Shown: piece by piece, positions 35,491 to 44,953 of the stretch | Layout of the letters: every line of letters begins with the position of its first letter | Position numbering within the stretch: the first letter of the stretch is position 1 | Source: Candidatus Nealsonbacteria bacterium | GTDB lineage: Bacteria; Patescibacteriota; Minisyncoccia; Minisyncoccales; MHMH01 | Length of the DNA stretch: 64,000 nucleotides | Direction of reading: 5' to 3' | Assembly: GCA_016188865.1 (NCBI GenBank) | Contig: JACPGX010000002.1 | Span: 66,398 to 130,397, forward strand | Position numbers and translations under genes: made by a program | The notes under the pieces: model-generated | The model's database searches: none | Told to the model about the DNA's origin: nothing | Seen by the model: the letters and a program-made list of their open reading frames with translations, nothing else

Positions 35491-37071
35491 TTAAAATTCT
35501 TTGGTGTCGTAGTTAATCATTCGGTTCTGCGACCAGGTGTGGATGATGGCTTCTGGCGTCCCGATACCGGCTCCAGCAGGATGTCCGGCAGGCCCGAAGA
35601 AATGCCATTCCGGCGCTCCAGTAGTCCTCGCTCTAATGCCAGCATAGGTGGTTCCGTTAACCGTCCTGCCCAAGACATAATTCAGAAATTCCGGGTCATT
35701 GCTGACAACTCCGGCGGTTAGATGATTTTTCATTCTATTAAGCATTTTAATAATAAGGTCCAGCTCTTCATTCTCTCGCCAATAAGTTATTACCTGTACC
35801 GGGCCAAAAACTTCAGTGGTCACCAGCTTGAAATAAGAAGTAATTTTCTCAAGCGGCACAAAAACGGCAGTAGGTTCATAAGAACCGTAACATTCTGGGA
35901 TGGAATGTTTTTCGGAAAGGGGCTTCCCGCCAAAAAGAAGCCGCGCTCCGGGTATAGCAAGTAATTTATTAACATGATCCTGAAGCTGCTTGTTATTCCA
36001 TGTCAGGACTGGCCCCACTGATAAATCAGCTAAATTCCTTTTTTCAGCTAAAACTTTCAATTTCGGCACAAACTCGTCGAAGTCAAAGGCGTGAACAAAA
36101 AGAATGCTTTGCGCTGAACATTTTTGTCCGGAAGCGGCATAAGCGTCTTTGTCGCATTGTTTGGCTATTTCGTCATAATCTTTTTTATTTAACGGCCCCA
36201 TTAATTTCCAGTCGAAGCCAGCATCTTCAACCCGACCGCGACCCAAAGTAAGCCGCAGAAGTCTGTGGGCAACATCGCTTCCCCCGGTAAACTGAGTTAA
36301 CTGTACCGCTGGGTAGGATATGCCCCACTCAACCATGCGCCACCGAACTAATTTCTCCATTACCTCGCCGGAGCAATGTATCAAAAGCATATCATTTTTG
36401 GGCATGCCACAGTGAAGCAATAATCTAACAAAAGCTTCAGCCACAATAGAGGTAGTTGAAGATTGCTTTAATATAGGTTTGTTTCCCATAAATAAAGCTC
36501 CCATTAACTGCAGGGCCATTATTTCCAACGGAAAATTAAACGGCGTGATGATCGCTACGGGACCATATGGCCACCTGTAGTTTATCGGCTGTTCGCCAGC
36601 GTGATTGCCCGGCGTTGAAACTCCTTTGGCTAAATTCCTGACATTGTTGCCGGAAAACGTTTCCAAAAAACTTGCGGTTACATCAACTTCGCCGACTGCC
36701 TGATCAAAGCCCTTGGGCATAACCAAGTTTATCAAATCAGCGAAATATTTTCTGATGTCCTGGTCCCTTAAAAGTTGAGCGGCTTTTCTGCAAACATCGC
36801 CATACATTCTGTATCTTTCCGGATTAAGAAGAGGATTATGCAAGCCGTATTCAGAACAATCGGCCAGGGCTTTTATAAATGGTAAAAGTTCTTCTTTTTG
36901 GGTGTCGGCCATCAAAATGATGGTTTCACCGCTAAGTGGATTAATGATCTTTTTAGTATTTTGAGCGTCAACCCATTCACCCTTCAGGAAATTCTTTAGT
37001 TTGGCGGGATTCTCCAGTGACAACTTTTCCGGCCAAGGAAAAATAACAGACATTTTTTCTTTTGCGTCCAT
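35491..37071 (-). CDS. aldehyde dehydrogenase family protein, likely delta-1-pyrroline-5-carboxylate dehydrogenase (ALDH4/ALDH12-like)
   Basis: 526 aa. YGLHNPLLNPERYRMYGDV and RWPYGPVAIITPFNFPLEI...LMGALFMGNKP match my memory of P5CDH-type ALDHs. GGAGG SD. Confidence 0.6.
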   Translation of the reverse strand: MDAKEKMSVIFPWPEKLSLENPAKLKNFLKGEWVDAQNTKKIINPLSGETIILMADTQKEELLPFIKALADCSEYGLHNPLLNPERYRMYGDVCRKAAQLLRDQDIRKYFADLINLVMPKGFDQAVGEVDVTASFLETFSGNNVRNLAKGVSTPGNHAGEQPINYRWPYGPVAIITPFNFPLEIMALQLMGALFMGNKPILKQSSTTSIVAEAFVRLLLHCGMPKNDMLLIHCSGEVMEKLVRWRMVEWGISYPAVQLTQFTGGSDVAHRLLRLTLGRGRVEDAGFDWKLMGPLNKKDYDEIAKQCDKDAYAASGQKCSAQSILFVHAFDFDEFVPKLKVLAEKRNLADLSVGPVLTWNNKQLQDHVNKLLAIPGARLLFGGKPLSEKHSIPECYGSYEPTAVFVPLEKITSYFKLVTTEVFGPVQVITYWRENEELDLIIKMLNRMKNHLTAGVVSNDPEFLNYVLGRTVNGTTYAGIRARTTGAPEWHFFGPAGHPAGAGIGTPEAIIHTWSQNRMINYDTKEF

Positions 37072-37102
37072 CTTTACCTCCTTATTTATTTTTCAAGTTG
37101 CT

Positions 37103-38332
37103 CTAAATTATATTATTTCTTTCCTTGAGCATGTCAAGTACTATTTGTTTATCAGACCAAGGAATCTTTTTCCCGCGCTTAATGCACATCCATGGCTCCG
37201 ACCCCTTGCCCGTAATAATCACCGTATCTCCCGATCCCGCCAAACTTAATGCTTTTTTTATCGCTTCCCGCCTATCTAGTATTTTTTGAGCATTCGGCGC
37301 GCCACTGGCAATATCATCTAAAATATTTTCTGGCGGCTCATCGTAAGGATCTTCGTTCGTCAAAATAATCTCATGGCAATATTTAGCGGCAATTTTTCCA
37401 ATCTCCGGCCTCTTCCATTTATCCCTCCCCCCGCCGGCAGAACCCAAAACGCAAATTTTTCTGCCCCCCATTGCTTGATAAACTTTCTCCAGGGCTTCTG
37501 GGGTATGGGCATAGTCAACAATCGCGGAGAACGGTTCTCCGAGAATTTTTTCCATTCGGCCGGGGATGCTTTCGATTTTTAACAAAGCATCTTTGCATAT
37601 TTCCAAATCAATCCCTTGCGACAAGCCCACAGCAATTGCTGCCGCAGCGTTATATAAATTAAACTCCCCCGGTAATTTTAAATTAAGCGGCAGGATATTT
37701 TCCGCCGAAACTATCGAGGCCCGGCCTCCATAGTGTGCTATAGAAGCCGGGCCTCCCGACATTGTAAAACCGATTTTCTTTTTTGCCGGAAAACTCCAAA
37801 AGTAATCGGAATTTTTATCGTCGCGATTAATGATGTGAATGTTTTTGCACGCTTCAAAAAGTTTTCCTTTGGCTTCTTTATATTTTTCAAAACTGCCGTG
37901 CCTCTCGATATGTTCCGGAGAAAGATTGGTGAAAACAACGGTGTCAAAATCAATAAATCTGTGGCGGTGCTGTTTTATGCCCTCTGACGTTACCTCAACC
38001 ACAGCATACAGACATCGGGAGTCTGTAGCTTGCTTTAAAAATTTTTGAATCTGAAAACGGCCGGGCATGGTCATCTTTAAGGCATTGGGCCATTCTTTAT
38101 CTCCTATTTTAAAGCTGATGGAAGACAAAGAAGCAGTTTTGAATCCCGCTTCTTCTAAAATTTTGGCAATCATTAAAACAACGGTTGATTTTCCGTTGGT
38201 ACCAGTGACGCCGATAACTTTTAATTTACGCGATGGAAAACCATAAAAAACTGCCCCTAGAAATGCTAACGACAAATGATAAAAATCGAGTAAAAACGAG
38301 GGGGTAATTTTTTTAACAGCGTCTTTAATCAC
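37103..38332 (-). CDS. murE: Mur ligase family protein, MurE-like (short N-terminus)
   Basis: 409 aa. P-loop GVTGTNGKST and the DYAHTPEALEKV motif. GTG start only 7 nt after a TAAGAT -10-like box, and no SD. Confidence 0.7.
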   Translation of the reverse strand: MIKDAVKKITPSFLLDFYHLSLAFLGAVFYGFPSRKLKVIGVTGTNGKSTVVLMIAKILEEAGFKTASLSSISFKIGDKEWPNALKMTMPGRFQIQKFLKQATDSRCLYAVVEVTSEGIKQHRHRFIDFDTVVFTNLSPEHIERHGSFEKYKEAKGKLFEACKNIHIINRDDKNSDYFWSFPAKKKIGFTMSGGPASIAHYGGRASIVSAENILPLNLKLPGEFNLYNAAAAIAVGLSQGIDLEICKDALLKIESIPGRMEKILGEPFSAIVDYAHTPEALEKVYQAMGGRKICVLGSAGGGRDKWKRPEIGKIAAKYCHEIILTNEDPYDEPPENILDDIASGAPNAQKILDRREAIKKALSLAGSGDTVIITGKGSEPWMCIKRGKKIPWSDKQIVLDMLKERNNII

Positions 38333-38422
38333 TATTTTATCTTACCCTTCGACGCGGCTCAGGGCAAGTCTCAAAAAACGAAAACAAAAAAGGTTGCTTG
38401 ACTTAGTCAAGCAACCTCTAAT

Positions 38423-39118
38423 TTACTCTTTCCCATTCAGGATTTGTTTTCTTTTCTCCGTCACTTCGGGAGTTATCTTAATATATTCCGCTGTCACGTC
38501 CCGGACGTTACCGTTAATATCAATGGCTAATATAAAACCAAAGGGGGCGGCCCACTCCCTATAAGCGTCTTTATTGTAGCGATCTTTACCAACCATTCCC
38601 GGATCGTAATGGTTCCTTCCAACTTCCAGCCAAACGTGGTCAGCAGTACTGTGAATAATCTCTAATTGCTGTACGCCGAACAAATAAAGAATCCCGATGG
38701 CAAAGTGGCTTTCTTCGCCGCAACGGCCAGAGCGATAACGAAAAACATCGTAAACGCTATGGTACCTGACGGCATAGGGATCCTCATTGCGCGTGAAAAG
38801 TTCGGGTATCTTATCCATTAATGCTTTGTTGCCGCCTTCCCGATAAGCTTCCCCCAATTCCTCGTAGACGTCTTGGCCCAAAGCGCTAATAAGGTCTTCT
38901 CTCCGCGCTTCACGTAATTCTTTCATTTGCCATCGATAATAAGCTACCGTCATCCTTAACCACCTAGCGCTATTGGGAATTTCAAGGGACTGCCCATCTA
39001 TTGTTTGCTGTACTTCCTTCTGGTTTATTCGCGGAGTCTGGCGGAAAAAATTACAGGCCGTTAAAACTGACTGAACAAGAAAAATCGCCGTTACTGCCAT
39101 AAGCAGCCATTTTTTCAT
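38423..39118 (-). CDS. transglutaminase-like (Cys-His-Asp papain-fold) lipoprotein
   Basis: 231 aa with a signal peptide and a Cys (VLTACNF). GRCGEESHFAIGILYLFG ... ADHVWLEV ... YDP fits the transglutaminase-core C/H/D spacing. Confidence 0.5.
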   Translation of the reverse strand: MKKWLLMAVTAIFLVQSVLTACNFFRQTPRINQKEVQQTIDGQSLEIPNSARWLRMTVAYYRWQMKELREARREDLISALGQDVYEELGEAYREGGNKALMDKIPELFTRNEDPYAVRYHSVYDVFRYRSGRCGEESHFAIGILYLFGVQQLEIIHSTADHVWLEVGRNHYDPGMVGKDRYNKDAYREWAAPFGFILAIDINGNVRDVTAEYIKITPEVTEKRKQILNGKE

Positions 39119-39131
39119 TTTTACTTCTCCT

Positions 39132-39932
39132 TCAATGTCCCAGCTTTTCTAGGTAATCGACTATTTGTTGAATATCCAAATAATAAACATTGGCTTTTCC
39201 TGCTTCATATTGGGACATTTCCATGGGAGACAAAAAACCTACTAATTCCGGCTTGCCGTCTCTTACGGCAAAAGCAAGACCCCCTAACTCATAAAAAGAC
39301 AAAATTCCCGAAACACCGAATAAATTCTTATGGTCTTTATTAACGTAAATTTCATTAATTTCAGAGCGCCCAACAATTATTCTGCCATTTACCTGGGTAA
39401 TAGTATAAAGAGCCTTGTCAATCCTTCCCTCAGAAAGCTCTTTATAATTGCCCAAAACTAGCGATGCCGCCGTGCTGAAAACCGGATGAATTCTTTGAAC
39501 CACGGCAAAATCAATGCCGCCAGCCACTAAATCTTCGTTGTTGAGAATATCGCTCAGTTTTTCGCCTTTCAGGGAACCATCTTGCTGCTGAATTGGCGAG
39601 AGAATAAGTTCTATTGATATCCCCGGGAAAAACCAGCTAGGCTGCCTTTGGCCGCTAGGCGTTGGCAGATAAAAAAGTGAGGAAGGCACTATAACTTCGT
39701 TATCTCTAACCCAGGCCAGCGTGCTCTGAGTAAAAATCGGATTCCTCTTGCCATCTAAAACAGTTAAAAAAACTACCCCCTGAAAATTGGTGAGTTCGAC
39801 CGGATTAAAAGATACCAGGTCATAATTATAATCGTATTTGCCATCGCCTTTAATCTTACCGGAACAGCCAGCCAAACCTGCTGCGATTATCAATACTAAT
39901 ACCAGGATAACAAAACTAATTTTCTTTTTCAC
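39132..39932 (-). CDS. lipoprotein, unknown function
   Basis: 266 aa. GTG start after GGGAG. Lipobox LAGCSG. Confidence 0.5.
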   Translation of the reverse strand: MKKKISFVILVLVLIIAAGLAGCSGKIKGDGKYDYNYDLVSFNPVELTNFQGVVFLTVLDGKRNPIFTQSTLAWVRDNEVIVPSSLFYLPTPSGQRQPSWFFPGISIELILSPIQQQDGSLKGEKLSDILNNEDLVAGGIDFAVVQRIHPVFSTAASLVLGNYKELSEGRIDKALYTITQVNGRIIVGRSEINEIYVNKDHKNLFGVSGILSFYELGGLAFAVRDGKPELVGFLSPMEMSQYEAGKANVYYLDIQQIVDYLEKLGH

Positions 39933-40046
39933 CCTCTTCTCCCTATTGTTATTTTCAAGGAACTTTTCCTTACTGAATCTATGTTATAGAAAAAAAGATG
40001 CCTGTCAATACCGATAGTCAACTGAAAAACCAATCGAAACAAAAAA

Positions 40047-40101
40047 GGTTGTGCTAAACTCCGTTTAGCACAACCGTTTAGCACAACCGTTTAGCACAAC
40101 C
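40047..40101 (-). terminator. intrinsic terminator whose 5' arm is triplicated (13-bp x3 tandem repeat)
   Basis: On the plus strand, GGTTGTGCTAAAC (40047-40059) and TCC are followed by GTTTAGCACAACC three times (40063-40075, 40076-40088, 40089-40101). On the minus strand the hairpin is followed by TTTTTT. Confidence 0.7.
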
Positions 40102-40109
40102 TTTGTGGC

Positions 40110-40664
40110 TTATTTATTTTCCTTACCTGGATTCTTGCCTGGATTTTCCTCGTTCGGTGCTGACTCCGGCTCCGCAAGATCAATCGGCGCCAATCCAACA
40201 AACCTCTGACTGACATATTCCATCCAGTTTTCCGGATATTTTCTGATGTCTACAGTACCGCTTTCATCTACCTCAATGATATCTGCCATAAAATCGGGGA
40301 ACATACTTCTTATCATGATCTTTTTCACAAAACTGAACCCGACGGTTTTCGTGACAAGTTCGCCAACTAAAAAAATGTATTTTGACTGAAAGCCTTGATC
40401 ATGAAAAACCCGCTCCACAGGATAATGAACCATTACGGTGTAATACCAAGTTGAGGTTTTATAATCTATATCCAGCAAAGAAACATTGGCGAAATCCTTA
40501 GCGGTTTTTTTATTAAGATAATCTACCAAACTTTGGGTTTTTTCAAGCGGCGTATTGCCCCTTATTTCCGAAGATACTCTAGGTATCTCGTATGTGTGCG
40601 ATGCCATAACAAGAACAAACACAATTAGGATGGCGTAAATGCTGTTTTTAATGAGGCGCTTCAT
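40110..40664 (-). CDS. membrane-anchored hypothetical protein
   Basis: 184 aa with an N-terminal TM and a GGAGG SD. Overlaps the stop of the FtsH-like gene by 17 nt. Confidence 0.55.
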   Translation of the reverse strand: MKRLIKNSIYAILIVFVLVMASHTYEIPRVSSEIRGNTPLEKTQSLVDYLNKKTAKDFANVSLLDIDYKTSTWYYTVMVHYPVERVFHDQGFQSKYIFLVGELVTKTVGFSFVKKIMIRSMFPDFMADIIEVDESGTVDIRKYPENWMEYVSQRFVGLAPIDLAEPESAPNEENPGKNPGKENK

Positions 40665-43488
40665 TAGGCAACACCTCCTCTATTTCAGGCTTTTTTGATG
40701 AGTCGTAGAAAACATTTTCCACTACGGCAATCTTATGCGGCCACCAAGAACGCTGTTTGTCGTTAAGATGATCCCAGTCGATTAATATTTCATCCAATTT
40801 TTCCCAAACCTTCTCAAGCATTCCTCCGCCAAGCTCGTCAAGGCGAAGCAGGTCGGCAACAACGCTTTTATGAAATTCATAGTCCTTTGCGACATTGGCG
40901 CGAATAAGCCGATAATCATCCACAAATGCCTGCCCCAGCATTGCAGCTACGCGCTCTCGCGAACTCGGGTTCGCAAGAACTTTTTCTACAAAGCCCTGAG
41001 CAAAGGGATTTAATGAGGCGATCTGCGTATCAGGCACTGCGATGAGAGTTTCGCCGATCTCCGCAAATCTCTTTCTGTCTTTTGGCGCACACCTGTAAGG
41101 AACCATGCCGGCTTTGCCGGTCATGAAACAGGCAATACGCGTCGCATTTTCCAAGTCGCTTGAAACACCGGGCTGATTTTCTCCAAAGAAAAATCGTTCA
41201 GCAACTAATGAACCAAGCGAGAGTCTTATTAACCCCTCATAGAAACGCTGGGGCCTGGGATCGCGCTCTTCTATGTCGGTATGCGCAACCATGCCAAGCG
41301 CCTGTCCTCTGGGCATAACGGAAATAACGGACGGGCGCATAGCATTCCCAAGAGCCGCCTTCAAAATAATGAAATGCCCCCAATACTCATGGATGGCCGT
41401 TTCTTCGCGATGTTCAGCGGTAGTAAGCCCGGGATCTGCGCGACCGTAAATAAGCGTATTGCGTGCTTCAAGAAGCGAGCGCATATCAGCACGGTCATCA
41501 TCCCAGCTCTCTTTCTTAACTTCGTCTTCATGGCGAAGCCAGTATTTGCGGTCTTGTTCCAAGAGCTTATCAAGCGCAACGCCGCTATCGAGCAGGGCTT
41601 TAATGCGCTTCAAATTTTTAACATGCGTGCCCCGCATATCGCAAGAGGAATAAATAGTAGCCTCAATTTCGGCGGGACTCATATTGCTGGTAGCGCGAGC
41701 AAATTCATCAATCGCTTCTTTCTTAAGCAACTCGGGACGCAATAAGCCATCTTGATCTGCCTTTGTAAGATAAAGATCGATAATATCTTTTCTCGACTCA
41801 ATATCTGGCGTCTTGAAGCGCGCTGTAACTCCCATGCGTCCGGGACGCCTGATGGCAGGATCAATCATCCAGGCGCGATTTGTAGCGCCAACAAAAATAT
41901 AAATAAACTCCTTCGGTTTAGCCGGAGGCATGCGCAATAAAATCTGAGTTTTAGGAATATTCGGCGGAATAAACAATCCATTCAAAAGATTGTTAACTAT
42001 GCCTCGCTTAAAGGTTTCCATAAATGGCGGACTCCCCGTGCCCTGAAGCCAGGTTAGAAAGGGATAAATTGCTCCCCCGCCCCCACCTCCCATATTCGCA
42101 GGGAAAAAGAAGGAATGCCTATATGTCTTTGACTCCTTGCCTAACGCCAGCGGAGATTTCATTTGCCAAAAACGCTCTCTAGCTTGAGATGAATCATAAA
42201 GAAGCCCGCAGCTTGAAGTAACGCCAATGCTGTCGTAAGGCAAAAGATCCCAGATGTCGCGAATTTCATCATGTTTTACGCCAGCCACTTCCATACCGCC
42301 CATTTGGCCGCCGCCCGTCATCCCCTGCCTGACTTGCAGCAAAAGCTCTGCCTCGTCAATAAAAAACACTACCCCGCCATATTCATCGGCAAGTGAATTA
42401 GCGCGCCATTCGACATATTTAAGAGACAACTGGGGCATGGGCATGCCCTGCAAGGCAGCGCCATCAGCAAGCACAAAAGGAATATTGTATTCGGTCGCTA
42501 TTTCTTTAGCGTAGAGGGTTTTACCAGTTCCCGGAGGGCCTTCAAAAATTATTCCCCGCGTAGGACGGCGCTTGCTTTTTCCATCAATGTAGTCTTTGAA
42601 CTTGGCAAGTTCTGTTTCAACAATCGCCCGTACTTCGGGCTGTCCCCTCATAGACCCCTTGGGAGTTCCCCAAGAAGCATCGCCTGGCTTATAATACTTA
42701 ATCTGCTGAAGAAACGGCCACAACATACTGCCAAACATAAAAATCATCATTAACCCGTAAAAAAATGGCAACTGGCCCATGTTCATAATCCAGATCGAAG
42801 CCATTGGCCCAAAAACCAAAAAGACAATGCGCATGCCCGACATGCCTATCATTAGAATGTAAACCAGCCACCGCGGCAAAAGCACAATAAGGATAAACCA
42901 CATAATGGCCAGAACTTTCCAATCGAAAATAAAAAGCTCTTTGGGTGTTTCAAATGATATCTCGCTTTGCGCGCCCAACATGGCGCCAGAAGAAGCGGCT
43001 CCAGCTCCAAATAGCGTGGTGAAAAAACCGGAAATACTGTCGGCAAGAAACCAAAAGAGCAGCATATAAATTACAATGACGAGACTGGTTTGAATAACCT
43101 TATCGTGCATTTTTCTGGCAGCGCGTTTGGCGGCGTCAATTTGATTAGTACGCATGCGCCGCTTAAATTCCTCGTTTTCAATTCCCGAAGGAGGTTCGCC
43201 ATCTGCTTCCGTACGCGACTCGCGAAGCGGCCCGAAAAGCAAACGCCGTACCAAAGATTTACTATCATATCCTTGCCCTTCAAGGCGCCGCATGGAGTAT
43301 GCTGCGCTTACTACTAGAGTCAAAACAACTCCACTGGCAAATGATAACGTAAGGGCCTGAAAAATATTCATGCCCTGCGCCATAAGCGCGAAAATGCCCG
43401 CGAGCATATACAATCCGAAACCGATTACAAATTTTTCAAGCGGCAGAAACCATATTACGCGCTGAAAATATTGCGACACAGCCTTCAT
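40648..43488 (-). CDS. atypical FtsH-like AAA+ membrane protein (946 aa) with an altered M41 zinc motif
   Basis: Multi-TM N-terminal region of about 300 aa. Walker A GPPGTGKT and Walker B VVFFIDEAE. An insert of about 150 aa with a Gly run sits before VGATNR...RRPGRMG. The C-terminal M41-like domain reads HEYWGH (41374-41391) where FtsH has HEAGH. Confidence 0.75.
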   Translation of the reverse strand: MKAVSQYFQRVIWFLPLEKFVIGFGLYMLAGIFALMAQGMNIFQALTLSFASGVVLTLVVSAAYSMRRLEGQGYDSKSLVRRLLFGPLRESRTEADGEPPSGIENEEFKRRMRTNQIDAAKRAARKMHDKVIQTSLVIVIYMLLFWFLADSISGFFTTLFGAGAASSGAMLGAQSEISFETPKELFIFDWKVLAIMWFILIVLLPRWLVYILMIGMSGMRIVFLVFGPMASIWIMNMGQLPFFYGLMMIFMFGSMLWPFLQQIKYYKPGDASWGTPKGSMRGQPEVRAIVETELAKFKDYIDGKSKRRPTRGIIFEGPPGTGKTLYAKEIATEYNIPFVLADGAALQGMPMPQLSLKYVEWRANSLADEYGGVVFFIDEAELLLQVRQGMTGGGQMGGMEVAGVKHDEIRDIWDLLPYDSIGVTSSCGLLYDSSQARERFWQMKSPLALGKESKTYRHSFFFPANMGGGGGGAIYPFLTWLQGTGSPPFMETFKRGIVNNLLNGLFIPPNIPKTQILLRMPPAKPKEFIYIFVGATNRAWMIDPAIRRPGRMGVTARFKTPDIESRKDIIDLYLTKADQDGLLRPELLKKEAIDEFARATSNMSPAEIEATIYSSCDMRGTHVKNLKRIKALLDSGVALDKLLEQDRKYWLRHEDEVKKESWDDDRADMRSLLEARNTLIYGRADPGLTTAEHREETAIHEYWGHFIILKAALGNAMRPSVISVMPRGQALGMVAHTDIEERDPRPQRFYEGLIRLSLGSLVAERFFFGENQPGVSSDLENATRIACFMTGKAGMVPYRCAPKDRKRFAEIGETLIAVPDTQIASLNPFAQGFVEKVLANPSSRERVAAMLGQAFVDDYRLIRANVAKDYEFHKSVVADLLRLDELGGGMLEKVWEKLDEILIDWDHLNDKQRSWWPHKIAVVENVFYDSSKKPEIEEVLPNEAPH

Positions 43489-43562
43489 AACTCACTCTCC
43501 TTTTTATTTTATTTTCAAGGTTCACGATACTTAAAACTATCACAAACAAAAAGGGTGTCAAA

Positions 43563-43934
43563 TCAGACGCCCTTTGTTTTTTCTAAAAACTCTTTTTGAA
43601 TTTTGTAAGCTGGCGCCTCTAAGGGTAAATTAGCGCTGTATTTGAAGCCAGCCCTAGCCCAGTCAAAAATATATTTCAAAAGAAAACGGCCAACCCCGAG
43701 TTTTTCATATTGCTCTACGTGCTTTAGCTCGTGGACAAACAGCCACAATTCTTGCCGGGATTTATTTGGAAAGTAAATGTTTCTGCCGATAGTAACGGCG
43801 CCTGCATTAAAAAACTTGGCGAAAAAACAAGCGACTATTCCGCCTCGGACCAACTTCACCTTATTCAAATCTAAATCAGGATACCATGGCTTTAAAATTT
43901 CTTGCGTTTTCTCATCCAATCTTTCGATTTTCAA
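43563..43934 (-). CDS. small HExxH protein, DUF4157-like
   Basis: 123 aa. TTG start 8 nt after GGAGG. GRNIYF...FVHELKHVEQY resembles the DUF4157 metallopeptidase-like domain. Confidence 0.5.
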   Translation of the reverse strand: MKIERLDEKTQEILKPWYPDLDLNKVKLVRGGIVACFFAKFFNAGAVTIGRNIYFPNKSRQELWLFVHELKHVEQYEKLGVGRFLLKYIFDWARAGFKYSANLPLEAPAYKIQKEFLEKTKGV

Positions 43935-43996
43935 AGTACCTCACCTCCTTCAAGATTAACAAAAAATCCTTTTCCGTCAAATGACAAAAAAGGATT

Positions 43997-44953
43997 TTAC
44001 CAGTTTGTTTTTATTAAAAAGAACAATAGGATCAGGGAAAGAACTAAAAATATTTTTCTTAGCAAAGTATCTTGAGTGAGCACCTGCCTCTTTTTTTCAA
44101 CAAGATTGTCATTCAAAAACTCAAGAGCTTCTTCCAAATTTTCTTCGGCCGCATAAACACCGTTTGTGCTTATGGCTATTTGCCTTAGGGTATTTTCATT
44201 AAGACGAGTTACCACTCGTTTCCCCGAGATGGCTTCAAAATTCACAAATTGACCTCTCTCATTATAAATCGGGATGTTGGCTCCCTTTCGATCTCCCACG
44301 CCAATGGCAATAATTTTTACATTATTCTGTCTGGCTAAATCAAGGGCTTCCCGTAAATCAGATTCTCTGCCGTTATTCTCTCCGTCGGAAAGTAAAACTA
44401 TAATCTTAGACTCTGATCCGTCGGGAAAATAATTAGATGCCCCGCCGATAGCCTTGCCAAGGTCAGTGCCATTGGTGGGAACCCCTTCAATTCTGACAAC
44501 CTGCTCAACTGTCCTTAAAAAATCATTATAATCTGGAGTCCAGTAAAGATGAGAGCGGACTTCTCTGGTGAATCCGTAAACAGAAACATCGAGATCGGTA
44601 AAAGCTTTTGAAAATTTAACCATAACAGCCTTGCTTCTTTCCAATCTGCTGACGGTCCCCGTCGGTTCCTCGGCAGCCATGCTTCGCGATTCGTCAATAA
44701 GGAACAAAACATCGCTAGTGTAAAAAACTGTTTCTTTGTAGTTCTTAATCACTGGCGCTAAAAAACCTAGACTTAGAAAAACTATTAAGAAAACACCAGA
44801 AATGCTTCTAACCAAATGATTTCTCTTCGTTTCTTTTTCGGAAATGCCCAGAATCCTGGCAATTTTCACTCTTTTTCTAAATCCGCTGTAAAAAAGCAGA
44901 ATCAGCAAAATAACAATAATCGCCGAAAGCCAAATAAAAACACTAGTAATCAT
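43997..44953 (-). CDS. vWA domain membrane protein (BatB-like)
   Basis: MIDAS motif LFLIDESRSM, N-terminal TMs and a C-terminal TM. The ATG at 44953 is preferred because the ORF-track start at 45019 overlaps the upstream gene by 77 nt. Confidence 0.75.
   Translation of the reverse strand: MITSVFIWLSAIIVILLILLFYSGFRKRVKIARILGISEKETKRNHLVRSISGVFLIVFLSLGFLAPVIKNYKETVFYTSDVLFLIDESRSMAAEEPTGTVSRLERSKAVMVKFSKAFTDLDVSVYGFTREVRSHLYWTPDYNDFLRTVEQVVRIEGVPTNGTDLGKAIGGASNYFPDGSESKIIVLLSDGENNGRESDLREALDLARQNNVKIIAIGVGDRKGANIPIYNERGQFVNFEAISGKRVVTRLNENTLRQIAISTNGVYAAEENLEEALEFLNDNLVEKKRQVLTQDTLLRKIFLVLSLILLFFLIKTNW

Noticed and set aside
40063-40101. Possible CRISPR-like or satellite array (13-bp x3; also the 64-bp x2 at 32669-32796)
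   Set aside because: The repeats are directly tandem with no spacers, and no cas genes are present. The Cas2-fold protein at 50072 is a PaaX-like regulator with no array. I found no CRISPR in the window.
43928-43940. Counting the GGTACTTTGAAAA upstream of or within the DUF4157-like gene as a standard leader-motif instance
   Set aside because: Here the motif lies after the SD and contains the TTG start codon, so its position differs from the other instances. I mention it in the finding but do not treat it as firm support.
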